Shown here: piece after piece, positions 50,495-61,409 of the stretch
How the letters are laid out: every line of letters begins with the position of its first letter
How positions within the stretch are numbered: position 1 is the stretch's first letter
From: Heptranchias perlo
Taxonomy: Eukaryota
Direction: 5' to 3'
NCBI RefSeq assembly: GCF_035084215.1
Contig: NC_090363.1
Span: forward strand, 9,362,001 to 9,426,000
Length of the DNA: 64,000 nucleotides
Translations under genes and position numbers: made by a program
The notes under the pieces: generated by a model
The model's input: the letters and a program-made list of their open reading frames with translations, nothing else
What the model was told of the DNA's origin: nothing
Database searches by the model: none

Positions 50495-50715
50495 TCATGT
50501 CAAAGCATTGAACTTCTTCCTGTACTGCATCCATGCTCATAATGCTGTGCACCTGGCATTGACTTCATCCCCTACTGCCTCCCACTGCCTTTTGGGTGTA
50601 TGTCTGGAGGGCCTCTTGCTCCCCCCCTCCCCGGATATAGGATGTCCCTCATTCTGTCCACCTCTTGCACCAAGGCCTCTGGTGCATCAGCAGAGAACCT
50701 TGGTGCACAGACTCT
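50495..50715 (-). pseudogene. Myb/SANT-like (Harbinger ORF) remnant
   Basis: APRFSADAPEALVQEVDRMRDILYP, then after a frameshift PKRQWEAVGDEVNARC..*AWMQYRKKFNAL. Confidence 0.7.
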
Positions 50716-50943
50716 CAGATCAGCAGATTGGTGAGGTCTGGCATGCAGATTGGAGGATATGGGATTTAGTGGTGCGCAACCTTTATTCAATGTTTTAACA
50801 TAACTCATCAGTGTGTAAACATAGGGATGGGACCCGCATCTGTGCTTTACGTGTGTGATGTCTAATCTCCGTTCAGGCTCCGTGCAGACAGCAGGCTGTT
50901 ATATTCAGCAATTAACAGGTACCAGCTATCTTTAAGATATTTC

Positions 50944-51188
50944 TGTAAACAATTTTACAACACCAAGTTATAGTCCAACTATTTTATTTGAAAATCACAA
51001 GCTTTTGGAGGCTTCCTCCTTCCTCAGGTGAATGTGGAAATGTGGAATGTGGAAATTCCACATTCACCTGAGGAAGGAGGAAGCCTCCGAAAGCTTGTGA
51101 TTTTCAAATAAAATAGTTGGACTATAACTTGGTGTTGTAAAATTGTTTACAATTGTCAACCCCAGTCCATCACCGCATCTCCACATCA
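50944..51188. mobile_element. Miniature fold-back Penelope insertion
   Basis: ~95-bp inverted arms of the Penelope end; 11-bp TSD TAAGATATTTC (50933-50943 and 51189-51199); hammerhead motif at 51063-51101. Confidence 0.9.
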
Positions 51189-51852
51189 TAAGATATTTCG
51201 AACAGACTGCCTGCCTTGAAGGGATTGGAGCTCCCTCTGCTGGTGGAAAGTGCAAATTGCATGGAATCCTCGTTCAACGCTGATTTCCAACGCAGATTGC
51301 AAGTGAGTCCTCAGGCCTGACGAAAATCTCGTCCTGCCTACGCAGGGACCATTGGGCGTGGGGTAATAGCGGATCATGCTACTCCTGCCCAAAAACAGGC
51401 CCTATCTAATTTCCCCCCTCCGGTGTTTTCGCAGCAATTGTCCCAAGTCTCAGAGAATTTGTTCACCGGCTATATAACATGGTGCAGAGGTGCGAGCAGC
51501 TTGCACTGTGTACCAGACACTGTGTGATGGTCGAGATGTTCAGGGCTGTGTACTAGACTTAGTCAATATCACCAACTGCTTAAGCGAGGTCCTCTTAAGG
51601 GACTTTGGCACAGAGGTGTCTTGCTGTGAGGCTGACTTCTCTTCCAGGTTACTCAGGGATAGGTCAGAGTTGACTGGAGCAATGAAATGAATGAGTAGTT
51701 CATCTGTGCTTCACTTTCTTCACCCCAACATTGGCAGCCGTGCCTTCAGCCATCTAGGCCCTAAGCTCTGGAATTCTCTCCCCAAATCTCTCCTCTTCTC
51801 CACCTCTCTCTCCTCCTTTAAGATGCTGCTTAATACCTACCTCTTTAACCAA

Positions 51853-52018
51853 TGTAAGGAATCTTACAACACCAGGTTATAGTCCAACAAATTTATTTTA
51901 AAATCACAAGCTTTCGGAGATTATCCCCTTCATCAGGTGAATGAGTGAAAAGGTTCTCAAATCGCATATCTTATACTAGGCTGGGACAGCATCACACCAA
52001 TCAAAAGGTGTTGTTGCA
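51853..52018 (-). mobile_element. Penelope terminal fragment in an L2 remnant
   Basis: 15-bp TSD TACCTCTTTAACCAA (51838-51852 and 52019-52033); hammerhead motif at 51903-51941. Confidence 0.85.
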
Positions 52019-52566
52019 TACCTCTTTAACCAAGCATTTGGTCACCTGTCCGAATAGCTCCTTCATTCACAGCAATTGCATAAAAGTGACTGGGTGCATT
52101 CAATACATTTGCATCTCTGAAAAATAAACTCGCTTTGTTCATCTGTATTTTTTCACTCACAGTAATGATGTCTAGGAAATATTTACAAGTGTTTCTGTTT
52201 CTAAAGGGCAGCTACAGAACTGCTTAAGATAACTGAGATAGCAGCTTGGGTGTATGTTAACCACAAGCAAGTGGACTTCCTGTCCTCCACATAACCAGTG
52301 ACCAACGCAGGCTCCGAGGCCGTACCCAAAGCAACTGGGTCAAAAGTATGGAACAAACTGTTATTTATAGACAGGGGTCGGCCAGGTGGGGAAGAGCCTA
52401 ATAATTCTAATAACTTGATTAAACATTTCTCAATATTAAAGACACTTACACATATTAAAATTAAGAATCTGCAATATAAGCAGGTACTAAGAAGTCATAT
52501 TCAGGACAAGATTAGAACCCGTGAACAGGCATTAATGGACTAAAAATCTGCAAGGACAGACATGGT

Positions 52567-53455
52567 GGGCTAGAAATTGGGCCGTCCAGCGCCCATTGTT
52601 TCGGTGCTACGTGGGCCTTTTGAAGTGCCAAGATGGTGTCTTGGCTGCGCACGCACGTTTCTAGTGTGACGTGTGCCGGGCGCCACCTTGGTATAGGTAT
52701 TAGCGTGTGCGCAAAGACCAAACGCCAGCAGCATGTAAAGTAAGGAGAAAATGGATACAATCAGTGTGCAACGCTGATTTAAAGTGATAGACACCATTTT
52801 GGAACTTAATGCTCAATTCAACGCACAGTCTTAACCACAACCATCTGAACATGTCTTAGAGTGCCTGGAGGACCCCCATCCGTACTATTTAAAGGGACCG
52901 TGAAGGATTTACAGGTTAGTTATTGCTTTTGCCTACTGATGCATTTGTAACTGTTTTTGGAAGTCTCCTGGACTTCAATACTAGAACGCAGGGACATAGC
53001 CTAATGTTTAGAGCCAGAACGTGCAGGAGTGAAATTAGGAATCGCTTCTACAGGCAAAGGGCGATAAAAGTTTCGAACGCTCTTCTGCAAACGGCAATTG
53101 ATGCTAGCTCAATTGTGAATTCAAAATCTGAGATTGATAGATTTCTGTGAACCAAAGGTTTTAAGGGTATATGGGGCTAGGTCACAGATCAACCAAGATC
53201 TCGTTGAATGGCAGAATAGGCTCGAGCGGCTAAATGCCACTGCCACTTGCTGCCTCCTGTTATGCGCCACCTTCTGCAAGAAAGCGGGATGTGTGTCTGG
53301 GTGATGTGCCTGTCATGACTGAATAGCTGCCAGTGTGTGTGGCCTGTCAGTTGTGGGTGGGCGGCTTGCAACAGTGGTAATGTGTAAGGGAGAGAAGAAG
53401 CATCTGATTGGCAAAGTTGAGTACTGATTGAAAGAGTTTGTTGGTATGTGGGTGA
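52567..53455. mobile_element. Harbinger-derived non-autonomous element, copy 2 (truncated)
   Basis: Starts GGGCTAGAAATTGGGCC; collinear with 47730-48169 plus 49933-50400. Confidence 0.65.
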
Positions 53456-53841
53456 TCCTTGTAAATCTTTTTTGCACCTTCTCCAGTGCCTTTTTGTAAT
53501 ATGGAGACTTGAACTGTGCACAGTACTCTAAGTGTGATCTAACCAAGGATCTATAAAAGTTTAACATAACTTCTCTGCTTTTCATTTCTATTTTTCTAGA
53601 AATGAACCCCAGTGCTTTGTTTGCATTTTTATGGCCTTGTTAACTTGCATTGCTACTTTTAATGATTTGTGAATCTGTACCCCTAGATCCCTTTATGCCT
53701 CTACTGCATTCAGACTCTTATTTTCCAAGGAGTAGTTGGCCTCCTTATTCCTCTTGCTGAAATACAACACCTCACTTATCTATATTGAAATTCATTTGCC
53801 ATTTACATGCTCATTCTGCAATTTGTTAACATCTGTTGGTA

Positions 53842-54036
53842 GGTGAGCGGCGGGAAAGAGCGAGACCAGAGCGGGGATATAAACAGCACGGAGAAAGCGG
53901 AGTTCAGTCGGTGAGCGGCGGAAAAGAGCGAGACCAGAGCGGGGATATAAACAGCACGGAGAGAGTGGAGTTCAGTCGGTGAGCGGCGGAAAAGAGCGAG
54001 ACCAGAGCGGGGATATAAACAGCGCGGAGAAAGCGA
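53842..54036 (+). repeat. 68-bp tandem monomers in the CR1 5' UTR (~2.9 copies)
   Basis: Units start at 53842, 53910 and 53978; CpG-rich, each with GATATAAA. Confidence 0.9.
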
Positions 54037-54291
54037 GACTCTGAGACCAGCGGCAGAGTTCGGGGTGACGTCACCAGTCAGAAAGTGACGCGGCACAGGG
54101 GAGGCAGCTGATTGGTGAGTAGGTTCAGGTGAGTATTTCTACCATTTTACTGTAAGTAAAGTAATAAGAAAGGGAAGGTCTGCAGGTTTTATAGCAGGTA
54201 GTGGTTTTTTTAGTGAACCTAGGTCCCTAGTATAGTTAACATTTTCTAATTTCAACGTAATTTAAAAAGGGTAACTAAGCTAAGGCAAGTC

Positions 54292-55240
54292 ATGGCAGCA
54301 GACCTCGCACCCGTGATATGCCCTTCCTGCACACATGGTCGGCAGGGACACTACCAGTGTCCCTGCCGACCATGTGTGCAGGAAGTGTGTCCACCTGCAG
54401 CTACTGACCGATCGTATCTCGGAGCTGGAGCTGCGGGTGGATTCACTGTGGAGCATCCGCGATGCAGAGAAACTCGTGGATAGTACATTTAGCGAGTTGG
54501 TCACACCGCAGGTAAAGGGTGTACAGGCAGGAAGTGAATGGGTGACCACCAGGCAGAGTAAGAGGTGCAGGCAGGTAGTGCAGGGGTCCCCTGTGGCCAT
54601 CCCCCTCTCAAACAGGTATACCGTTTTGGATGCTGTTGGGGGAGATGGCTCACCAGGGGAAGGTGACAGCGGCCAGGTTCATGGCACCGTGGCTGGCTCT
54701 GCTGCACAGGAGGGCAGGAAAAAGAGTGGCAGAGCTATAGTGATAGGGGACTCGATTGTAAGGGGAATAGACAGGCGTTTCTGCGGACGCAACCGAGACT
54801 TCAGGATGGTATGTTGCCTCCCTGGTGCAAGGGTCAGGGATGTCTCGGAGCGGCTGCAGGACATTCTGGAGGGGGAGGGTGAACAGCCAGTTGTCGTGGT
54901 GCATATAGGTACCAACGATATAGGTAAAAAACGGGATGAGGTCCTACAAGCTGAATTTAGGGAGTTAGGAGTTAAACTAAAAAGTAGGACCTCAAAGGTA
55001 GTAATCTCAGGATTGCTACCAGTGCCACGGGCAAGTCAGAGTAGGAATGACAGGATAGTTAGGATGAATACGTGGCTTGAGAGATGGTGCAAGAGGGAGG
55101 GATTCAAATTCCTGGGCCATTGGAACCGGTTCTGGGGGAGGTGGGACCAGTACAAATTGGGTGGTTTGCATCTGGGCAGGACTGGAACCAACGTCCTAGG
55201 GGGAGTGTTTGCTAGTGCTGTTGGGGAGGCTTTAAACTAA
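54292..55240 (+). CDS. CR1 ORF1 (zinc finger/coiled coil + SGNH esterase), apparent +1 frameshift near 54333
   Basis: MAADLAPVICPSC then ...HVCRKC, leucine heptads, IVIGDSIVR, HIGTND, GGLHL. Confidence 0.85.
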
Positions 55241-58188
55241 TGTGGCAGGGGGATGGGAACCGATGCAGGAAGTCAGTGGGAAGTAAAGTGGTGACAGAAA
55301 CAAAAAGCAGTAAGGGAGAGTGTACAAAACATGACCGGACAGATGGTCTGAGAAAGCAGGGCAAAGACCAAGGGAAGTCTAGATTAAACTGCATTTATTT
55401 CAATGCAAGAAGTCTGATGGGCAAGGCAGATGAACTCAGGGCATGGATGGGTACATGGGACTGGGATGTTATAGCTATTACTGAAACATGGCTAAGGGAG
55501 GGGCAGGACTGGCAGCTCAATGTTCCAGGGTACAGATACTATAGGAAAGATAGAGCAGGAGGTAAGAGAGGAGGGGGAGTTGCGTTCTTGATTATGGAGA
55601 ACATCACGGCAGTAGTGAGAGGGGATATATCCGAGGGTTCGCCCACTGAGTCGATATGGGTAGAACTGAAAAATAAGAAGGGAGAGATCACTTTGATAGG
55701 ATTGTACTACAGACCCCCAAATAGTCAACGGGAAATTGAGGAGCAAATATGTAAGGAGATTACAGACAGCTGCAAGAAAAATAGGGTGGTAATAGTAGGG
55801 GACTTTAACTTTCCCAACATTGACTGGGACAGCCATAGCATCAAGGGCTTGGATGGAGAGAAATTTGTTGAGTGTATTCAGGAGGAATTTCTCATTCAGT
55901 ATGTGGATGGCCCGACTAGAGAGGAGGCAAAACTTGACCTCCTCTTGGGAAATAAGGAAGGGCAGGTGACAGAAGTGTTAGTGAGGGATCACTTTGGGAC
56001 CAGTGATCATAATTCCATTAGTTTTAAGATAGCTATGGAGAATGATAGGACTGGCCCAAAAGTTAAAATTCTAAATTGGGGAAAGGCCAATTTTGATGGT
56101 ATTAGACAAGAACTTTCAGAAGTTGATTGGGAGAGTCTGTTGGCAGGCAAAGGGACGTCTGGTAAGTGGGAGGCTTTCAAAAGTGTGTTAACCAGGGTTC
56201 AGGGTAAGCACATTCCTTATAAAGTGAAGGGCAAGGCTGGTAGAAGTAGGGAACCTTGGATGACTTGGGAGATTGAGGCCCTAGTCAAAAAGAAGAAGGA
56301 GGCATATGACATGCATAGGCAGCTGGGATCAAGTGGATCCCTTGAAGAGTATAGAGATTGCCGGAGTAGAGTTAAGGGAGAAATCAGGAGGGCAAAAAGG
56401 GGACATGAGATTGCTTTGGCAGATAAGGCAAAGAAGAATCCTAAGAGATTCTACAAATACATAAAGGGCAAAAGAGTAACTAGGGAGAGAGTAGGGCCTC
56501 TTAAGGATCAACAAGGTCATCTATGTGCGGAACCACAAGAGATGGGTGAGATCCGAAATGAATATTTCGCATCGGTATTTACGGTTGAGAAAGGCATGGA
56601 TGTTCGGGAACTTGGGGAAATAAATAGTGATGTCTTGAGGAGTGTACATATTACGGAGAGGGAGGTGCTGGAAGTCTTAACGCGCATCAAGGTAGATAAA
56701 TCTCCGGGACCTGATGAAATGTATCCCAGGACGTTATGGGAGGTTAGGGAGGAAATTGCGGGTCCCCTAGCAGAGATATTTGAATCATCGACAACTACAG
56801 GTGAGGTGCCTGAAGATTGGAGGGTAGCAAATGTTGTGCCTTTGTTTAAGAAGGGCGGCAGGGAAAAGCCTGGGAACTACAGACCGGTGAGCCTGACATC
56901 TGTAGTGGGTAAGTTGTTAGAGGGTATTCTGAGAGACAGGATCAACAGGCATTTGGAGAGGCAGGGACTGATTAGGAACAGTCAGCATGGTTTTGTGAGA
57001 GGAAAATCATGTCTCACGAATTTGACTGAGTTTTTTGAAGGGGTAACCAAGAAGATAGATGAGGGCTGTGCAGTAGACGTGGTCTACATGGACTTTAGCA
57101 AAGCCTTTGACAAGGTACCGCATGGTAGGTTGTTACATAAGGTTAAATCTCACGGGATCCAAGGTGAGGTAGCCAATTGGATACAAAATTGGATTGACGA
57201 CAGAAAACAGAGGGTGGTTGTAGAGGGTTGTTTTTCAAACTGGTGGCCTGTGACCAGCGGTGTGCCTCAGGGATCGGTGCTGGGTCCGCTGTTATTTGTT
57301 ATTTATATTAATGATTTGGATGAGAATTTAGGAGGCATGGTTAGTAAGTTTGCAGATGACACCAAGATTGGTGGTATAGTGGACAGTGAAGAAGGTTATC
57401 TAGGATTGCAACGGGATCTTGATAAATTGGGCCAGTGGGCCGATGAATGGCAGATGGAGTTTAATTTTGATAAATGTGAGGTGATGCATTTTGGTAGATC
57501 GAATCGGGCCAGGACCTACTCCGTTAATGGTGGGGCATTGGGGAGAGTTATAGAACAAAGAGATCTCGGAGTACAGGTTCATAGTTCCTTGAAAGTGGAG
57601 TCACAGGTGGATAGGGTGGTGAAGAAGGCATTCAGCATGCTTGGTTTCATTGGTCAGAACATTGAATACAGGAGTTGGGATGTCTTGTTGAAGTTGTACA
57701 AGACATTAGTAAGGCCACACTTTGAATACTGTGTACAGTTCTGGTCACCCTATTATAGAAAGGATATTATTAAACTAGAAAGAGTGCAGAAAAGATTTAC
57801 TAGGATGCTACCGGGACTTGATGCTTTGACTTATAGGGAGAGGTTGGATAGACTGAGACTTTTTCCCCTGGAGAGTAGGAGGTTTAGGGGTGATCTTATA
57901 GAAGTCTATAAAATAATGAGGGGCATAGATAAGGTAGATAGTCAAAATCTTTTCCCAACGGTAGAGGAGTCTATAACGAGGGGGCATAGATTTAAGGTGA
58001 GAGGGGAGAGATACAAAAGGGGCCAGAGGGGCAATTTTTTCACTCAAAGGGTGGTGAGTGTCTGGAACGAGTTGCCAGAGGCAGTAGTAGAGGCGGGTAC
58101 AATTTTGTCTTTTAAAAAGTATTTGGACAGTTACATGGGTAAGATGGGTATAGAGGGATATGGGCCAAGTGCAGGCAATTGGGACTAG
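55240..58188 (+). CDS. CR1 ORF2: AP endonuclease + reverse transcriptase (982 aa, uninterrupted)
   Basis: YFNARS, AITETWL, GDFN, SDH (APE); YRPVSL, QHGF, DFSKAFD, GVPQGSVLGP, FADD (RT). Confidence 0.97.
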   Translation: MWQGDGNRCRKSVGSKVVTETKSSKGECTKHDRTDGLRKQGKDQGKSRLNCIYFNARSLMGKADELRAWMGTWDWDVIAITETWLREGQDWQLNVPGYRYYRKDRAGGKRGGGVAFLIMENITAVVRGDISEGSPTESIWVELKNKKGEITLIGLYYRPPNSQREIEEQICKEITDSCKKNRVVIVGDFNFPNIDWDSHSIKGLDGEKFVECIQEEFLIQYVDGPTREEAKLDLLLGNKEGQVTEVLVRDHFGTSDHNSISFKIAMENDRTGPKVKILNWGKANFDGIRQELSEVDWESLLAGKGTSGKWEAFKSVLTRVQGKHIPYKVKGKAGRSREPWMTWEIEALVKKKKEAYDMHRQLGSSGSLEEYRDCRSRVKGEIRRAKRGHEIALADKAKKNPKRFYKYIKGKRVTRERVGPLKDQQGHLCAEPQEMGEIRNEYFASVFTVEKGMDVRELGEINSDVLRSVHITEREVLEVLTRIKVDKSPGPDEMYPRTLWEVREEIAGPLAEIFESSTTTGEVPEDWRVANVVPLFKKGGREKPGNYRPVSLTSVVGKLLEGILRDRINRHLERQGLIRNSQHGFVRGKSCLTNLTEFFEGVTKKIDEGCAVDVVYMDFSKAFDKVPHGRLLHKVKSHGIQGEVANWIQNWIDDRKQRVVVEGCFSNWWPVTSGVPQGSVLGPLLFVIYINDLDENLGGMVSKFADDTKIGGIVDSEEGYLGLQRDLDKLGQWADEWQMEFNFDKCEVMHFGRSNRARTYSVNGGALGRVIEQRDLGVQVHSSLKVESQVDRVVKKAFSMLGFIGQNIEYRSWDVLLKLYKTLVRPHFEYCVQFWSPYYRKDIIKLERVQKRFTRMLPGLDALTYRERLDRLRLFPLESRRFRGDLIEVYKIMRGIDKVDSQNLFPTVEESITRGHRFKVRGERYKRGQRGNFFTQRVVSVWNELPEAVVEAGTILSFKKYLDSYMGKMGIEGYGPSAGNWD

Positions 58189-58945
58189 CTTAGTGGTATA
58201 AACTGGGCGACATGGACATGTTGGGCCGAAGGGCCTGTTTCCATGTTGTAAACTTCTATGATTCTATCTTGTGTTTTCTTGCAGTCTTCCTCAGTATTAA
58301 CTATATCCCTCAATTTGGTGTCATCCGCAAATTTTGATATTGTACTTTAGATTTCCAAGTCCAAATTATTTATGTAAATGGTGAACAACAGTGGTCCCAG
58401 CACCAATCCCTGTGGGACACCAGTAGATTTCTGTTGGGTGTGAGTATTAAGGGATATGGAACCAAGGCAGGTAATTGGATTTGAGATGCAGATCAGCCAT
58501 GATCTAATTGAATGGTGGAACAGGCTCGAGGGGCTGAATGGCCTACTCCTGTTTCTATGTTCCAATGTTTTCGTATTTCAGCCGATCTTCCGCTGAAGTT
58601 ACAGTAGAAGATCAGGAGACCCCAGTGGTGATTCTACCCTCTGATGCCGAGACCCCATTTTGGAAACCTTTGGAGTAAGGCAACAATCAAGTCTTAAGGT
58701 CACCTTTCAAATAACAGGAAACAGATGTTATAATGCTATTGGTTTGGCTGTGAGGTTCACCACAGATTAAAACGAGGCCGATTTGTAAGTAAAGGGCTTC
58801 ATTTTGGTTTATTGCAACTGGACCTTATCACTTTCCCTGACAAGAGATTTGAATATTATTACTGTTGATGTTTCTACATTGACAGTGGCTGAACATTCCT
58901 TCCGATAAACTCAACGGGAAACAGTTAAACAGAATCTGTAACAAA

Positions 58946-59018
58946 ATGCAATTTAAAGGAAATGGGACTTCTAGATTGTGTGTCTATCTTTTCACTTTTA
59001 ATCTCTTTGCTCTGATCG
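58946..59018 (+). CDS. Gene B leader exon MQFKGNGTSRLCVYLFTFNLFALI
   Basis: ATG in AAAATGC context, hydrophobic core, phase-1 donor G|GTAAGA in frame with the V exon. Confidence 0.8.
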
Positions 59019-59809
59019 GTAAGAATTTGTTACAATTAATATATGAAAATGTGTGTTTTAACATTTATTTGGAATGTAATAAGAGTTGGAGGAATTATAT
59101 CTGGGATAATACATGTTTAGCGGAACTACTGTTTAACAAAATATACCCACACGCACCTCCGTTCCAATTCTTGCTGAATGAGAACTTCATTTGCTTTGTG
59201 TTTTGACAATTGTTGAGGTTGAGAAAAGGAAAAATTTGCAGGGGTATGGGGAAGGAGCGGGTGAGTGGGACTAATTGGATAGCTCTTTCAAAGAGCTGGC
59301 ACGGGCAAGATGGGCGGAATGGTCGCCTTCTGTGCTGTAAGATTCTAAATAGAATCCCAATTTGCCGAATCAAAACTAGTCAGAATAATTCCAGCGGGCA
59401 GGACTGGCGCTGGTTCAACCATTGTGTAGTCGATATTTTCTCCAACACCGGTGCTGTTTTCACCCATTAGTGTATAATGTGATGGAAAATTATAGAAACG
59501 CCATGTCAGTTAGTCCTTCCACAAATATTAGTGAAAAGTTACCATTATTTAGCGGTGGCCCATTAAATGTTGTTGGACTGTAACTGATGTTGGAGTTCAG
59601 TTCAGTTACAGTGAGCTGTAAAGCAGAATGTTCCCAATATTGTACCAAATGGATCTAGGACCATTATCGTGTCGTGTTGAAATATACTATATAAGACGCG
59701 GGGAATGTTTATTTCAATTAGTTCTACTCTGTAGTTTAAACAATGTTTGTATTTATTATTTAGATATTTTCACTTTTATATTAGAACAATTATTCCCTCT
59801 ACCTTTTAG

Positions 59810-60184
59810 CCGCTGTAACACTGAGAGTGCAACAGGACTGTCTGAATGGAACCGTTGCTCAGTCTGTGCTCCTACCTACCTCATACACAATCTCAGACTC
59901 ACATGGTTACCTTCGGATCAAATGGACGAGAGCCGGGACTAGAATTGTGGAACTTAAATGTACATCCAAGTCAGACAGCAACCTCACTGGATGCAGCCAT
60001 CGTGCATCTGTTCCTGATCGCTACAAACATCGGGCTGTGCTTTTTCCGGAGAATGCATCGTTGCTGCTGAAAGATTTGCAGCTGAACGACAGCGGGACTT
60101 ATGAATTATCCATTAGCCACTCAACAGGTACAGAAAAGGCCAGCTTAATGTTAACAGTCCAGCCCGACACCAGGCATAGAATGG
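59810..60184 (+). CDS. Gene B Ig V-set exon (HEPACAM/CEACAM-like, no B-F disulfide)
   Basis: AVTLRVQQDCLNGTVAQSVLLP...IKW...RYKHRAVLFPENASLLLKDLQLNDSGTYEL...LTV; acceptor CTACCTTTTAG, donor G|GTAGGT, 375 bp, phase 1-1. Confidence 0.92.
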
Positions 60185-60862
60185 GTAGGTACTTTCCCAC
60201 AGTGTGAATTAGCTTTGCTTAATTGTTAAGAACATTTCCAGTCACAATGTATTGAATGGATTAGTGTCAATTGCAGTAGTTTACATTAAGTCTGGGATTT
60301 ATTTTTAGAGCAGTGCAAGGCTTATCCTCTCCGTCACAAAAAGTTTTGATTTTTGAACTTTTCCAGAAGTAGGATTTTTTTAATATATGGCGGGAACATT
60401 TTTAATCTGTATCACTTCATATACCCCACGGAGCTGGATGGAAAACTATAGAAAACGTGTACCGAGTGGTAACCTCTTCACAAAATCATATACCTATTTC
60501 TGGCCCTATCACTAGATTGAAGTCACAATATTAATATGATATTCCTCCGTCCACCATTTTAACGTAATTATTGACCCATTCACTTTAACTGAAGGACAAG
60601 AGGACATAGGTACAAACTGGTAAAAGATAAGTTCACGTCTGATGTCAGGAAGCATTTCTTCATGCAAAGAGAGTGATTAAAGTGGAATTGTCTTGGGGTA
60701 GGGGTCATGGAGGAAAAACTCTGGACTCATTCGAGGGGCGGTTACATACTGTTATGGGGACTGTGGGCTTCTCTGGAAGGATAACGAGAATCGTCTACCT
60801 CACCTTGATGTATCTTCATGGTCACCATTATGTATAAATGCGTAGGCTTCAAGGAGCTCTTG

Positions 60863-60995
60863 AAACATTTGCCTGAGGAAGGAGGAAATCTCCGAAAGCT
60901 TGTGAATTTAAAATAAAATTGCTGGACTATAACTTGGTGTTGTAAAATTGTTTACAATTGTCAACCCCAGTCCATCACCGGCATCTCCACATCAT
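60863..60995 (+). mobile_element. Penelope terminal fragment (hammerhead motif 60868-60906)
   Basis: Nearly identical to 35458-35579. Confidence 0.85.
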
Positions 60996-61409
60996 GACCA
61001 TTAAAGTACAGAGCAGAGGAATGTCATAGGAATGCATTCAGCATTAGCCCACTAATATCGCCAAAAGTAACTTTTTAGTTAGTTCTAGGCTTTGGTTTCA
61101 AAATGAATCACTGATCAGATCATTCTATAGTATAAAAATAGCTCTTACAGTAATTGTCACAAAACCTTACAATCTTCATCAGAAAACAGCCGCCTGTATC
61201 ATTTGATTAAGTATCATTTGCCCTCTTGCGCTTTTGGAGCCAAGACCTGATGTACGTCTTCAGACCCCACAAGGGAAGCAGTGGTCTATTCAGGTTCACA
61301 ACATGAGACTTGCCATGTCTGAGATCAGGGATGGTGGTGTATTGTCACTTCTCTTTATTTTCCATCATGTCATAATTATTCGGTGCTTTCAAAACTGAGG
61401 TTCAATCAA

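Larger units (their letters stand above)
47730..51417. mobile_element. Harbinger-derived non-autonomous element, copy 1 (with nested CR1 and Penelope)
   Basis: Ends GGGCGCTAAATTGGG / CTAATTTCCCCC; Myb/SANT-like remnant on the minus strand; collinear with the copy at 52567-53455. Confidence 0.65.
53840..58267 (+). mobile_element. Near full-length young CR1 LINE
   Basis: Tandem-repeat 5' UTR, ORF1, intact ORF2 and TTCTATGATTCTAT 3' end. Nested in an older minus-strand CR1 (53455-53837 and 58268-58423). Confidence 0.95.
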
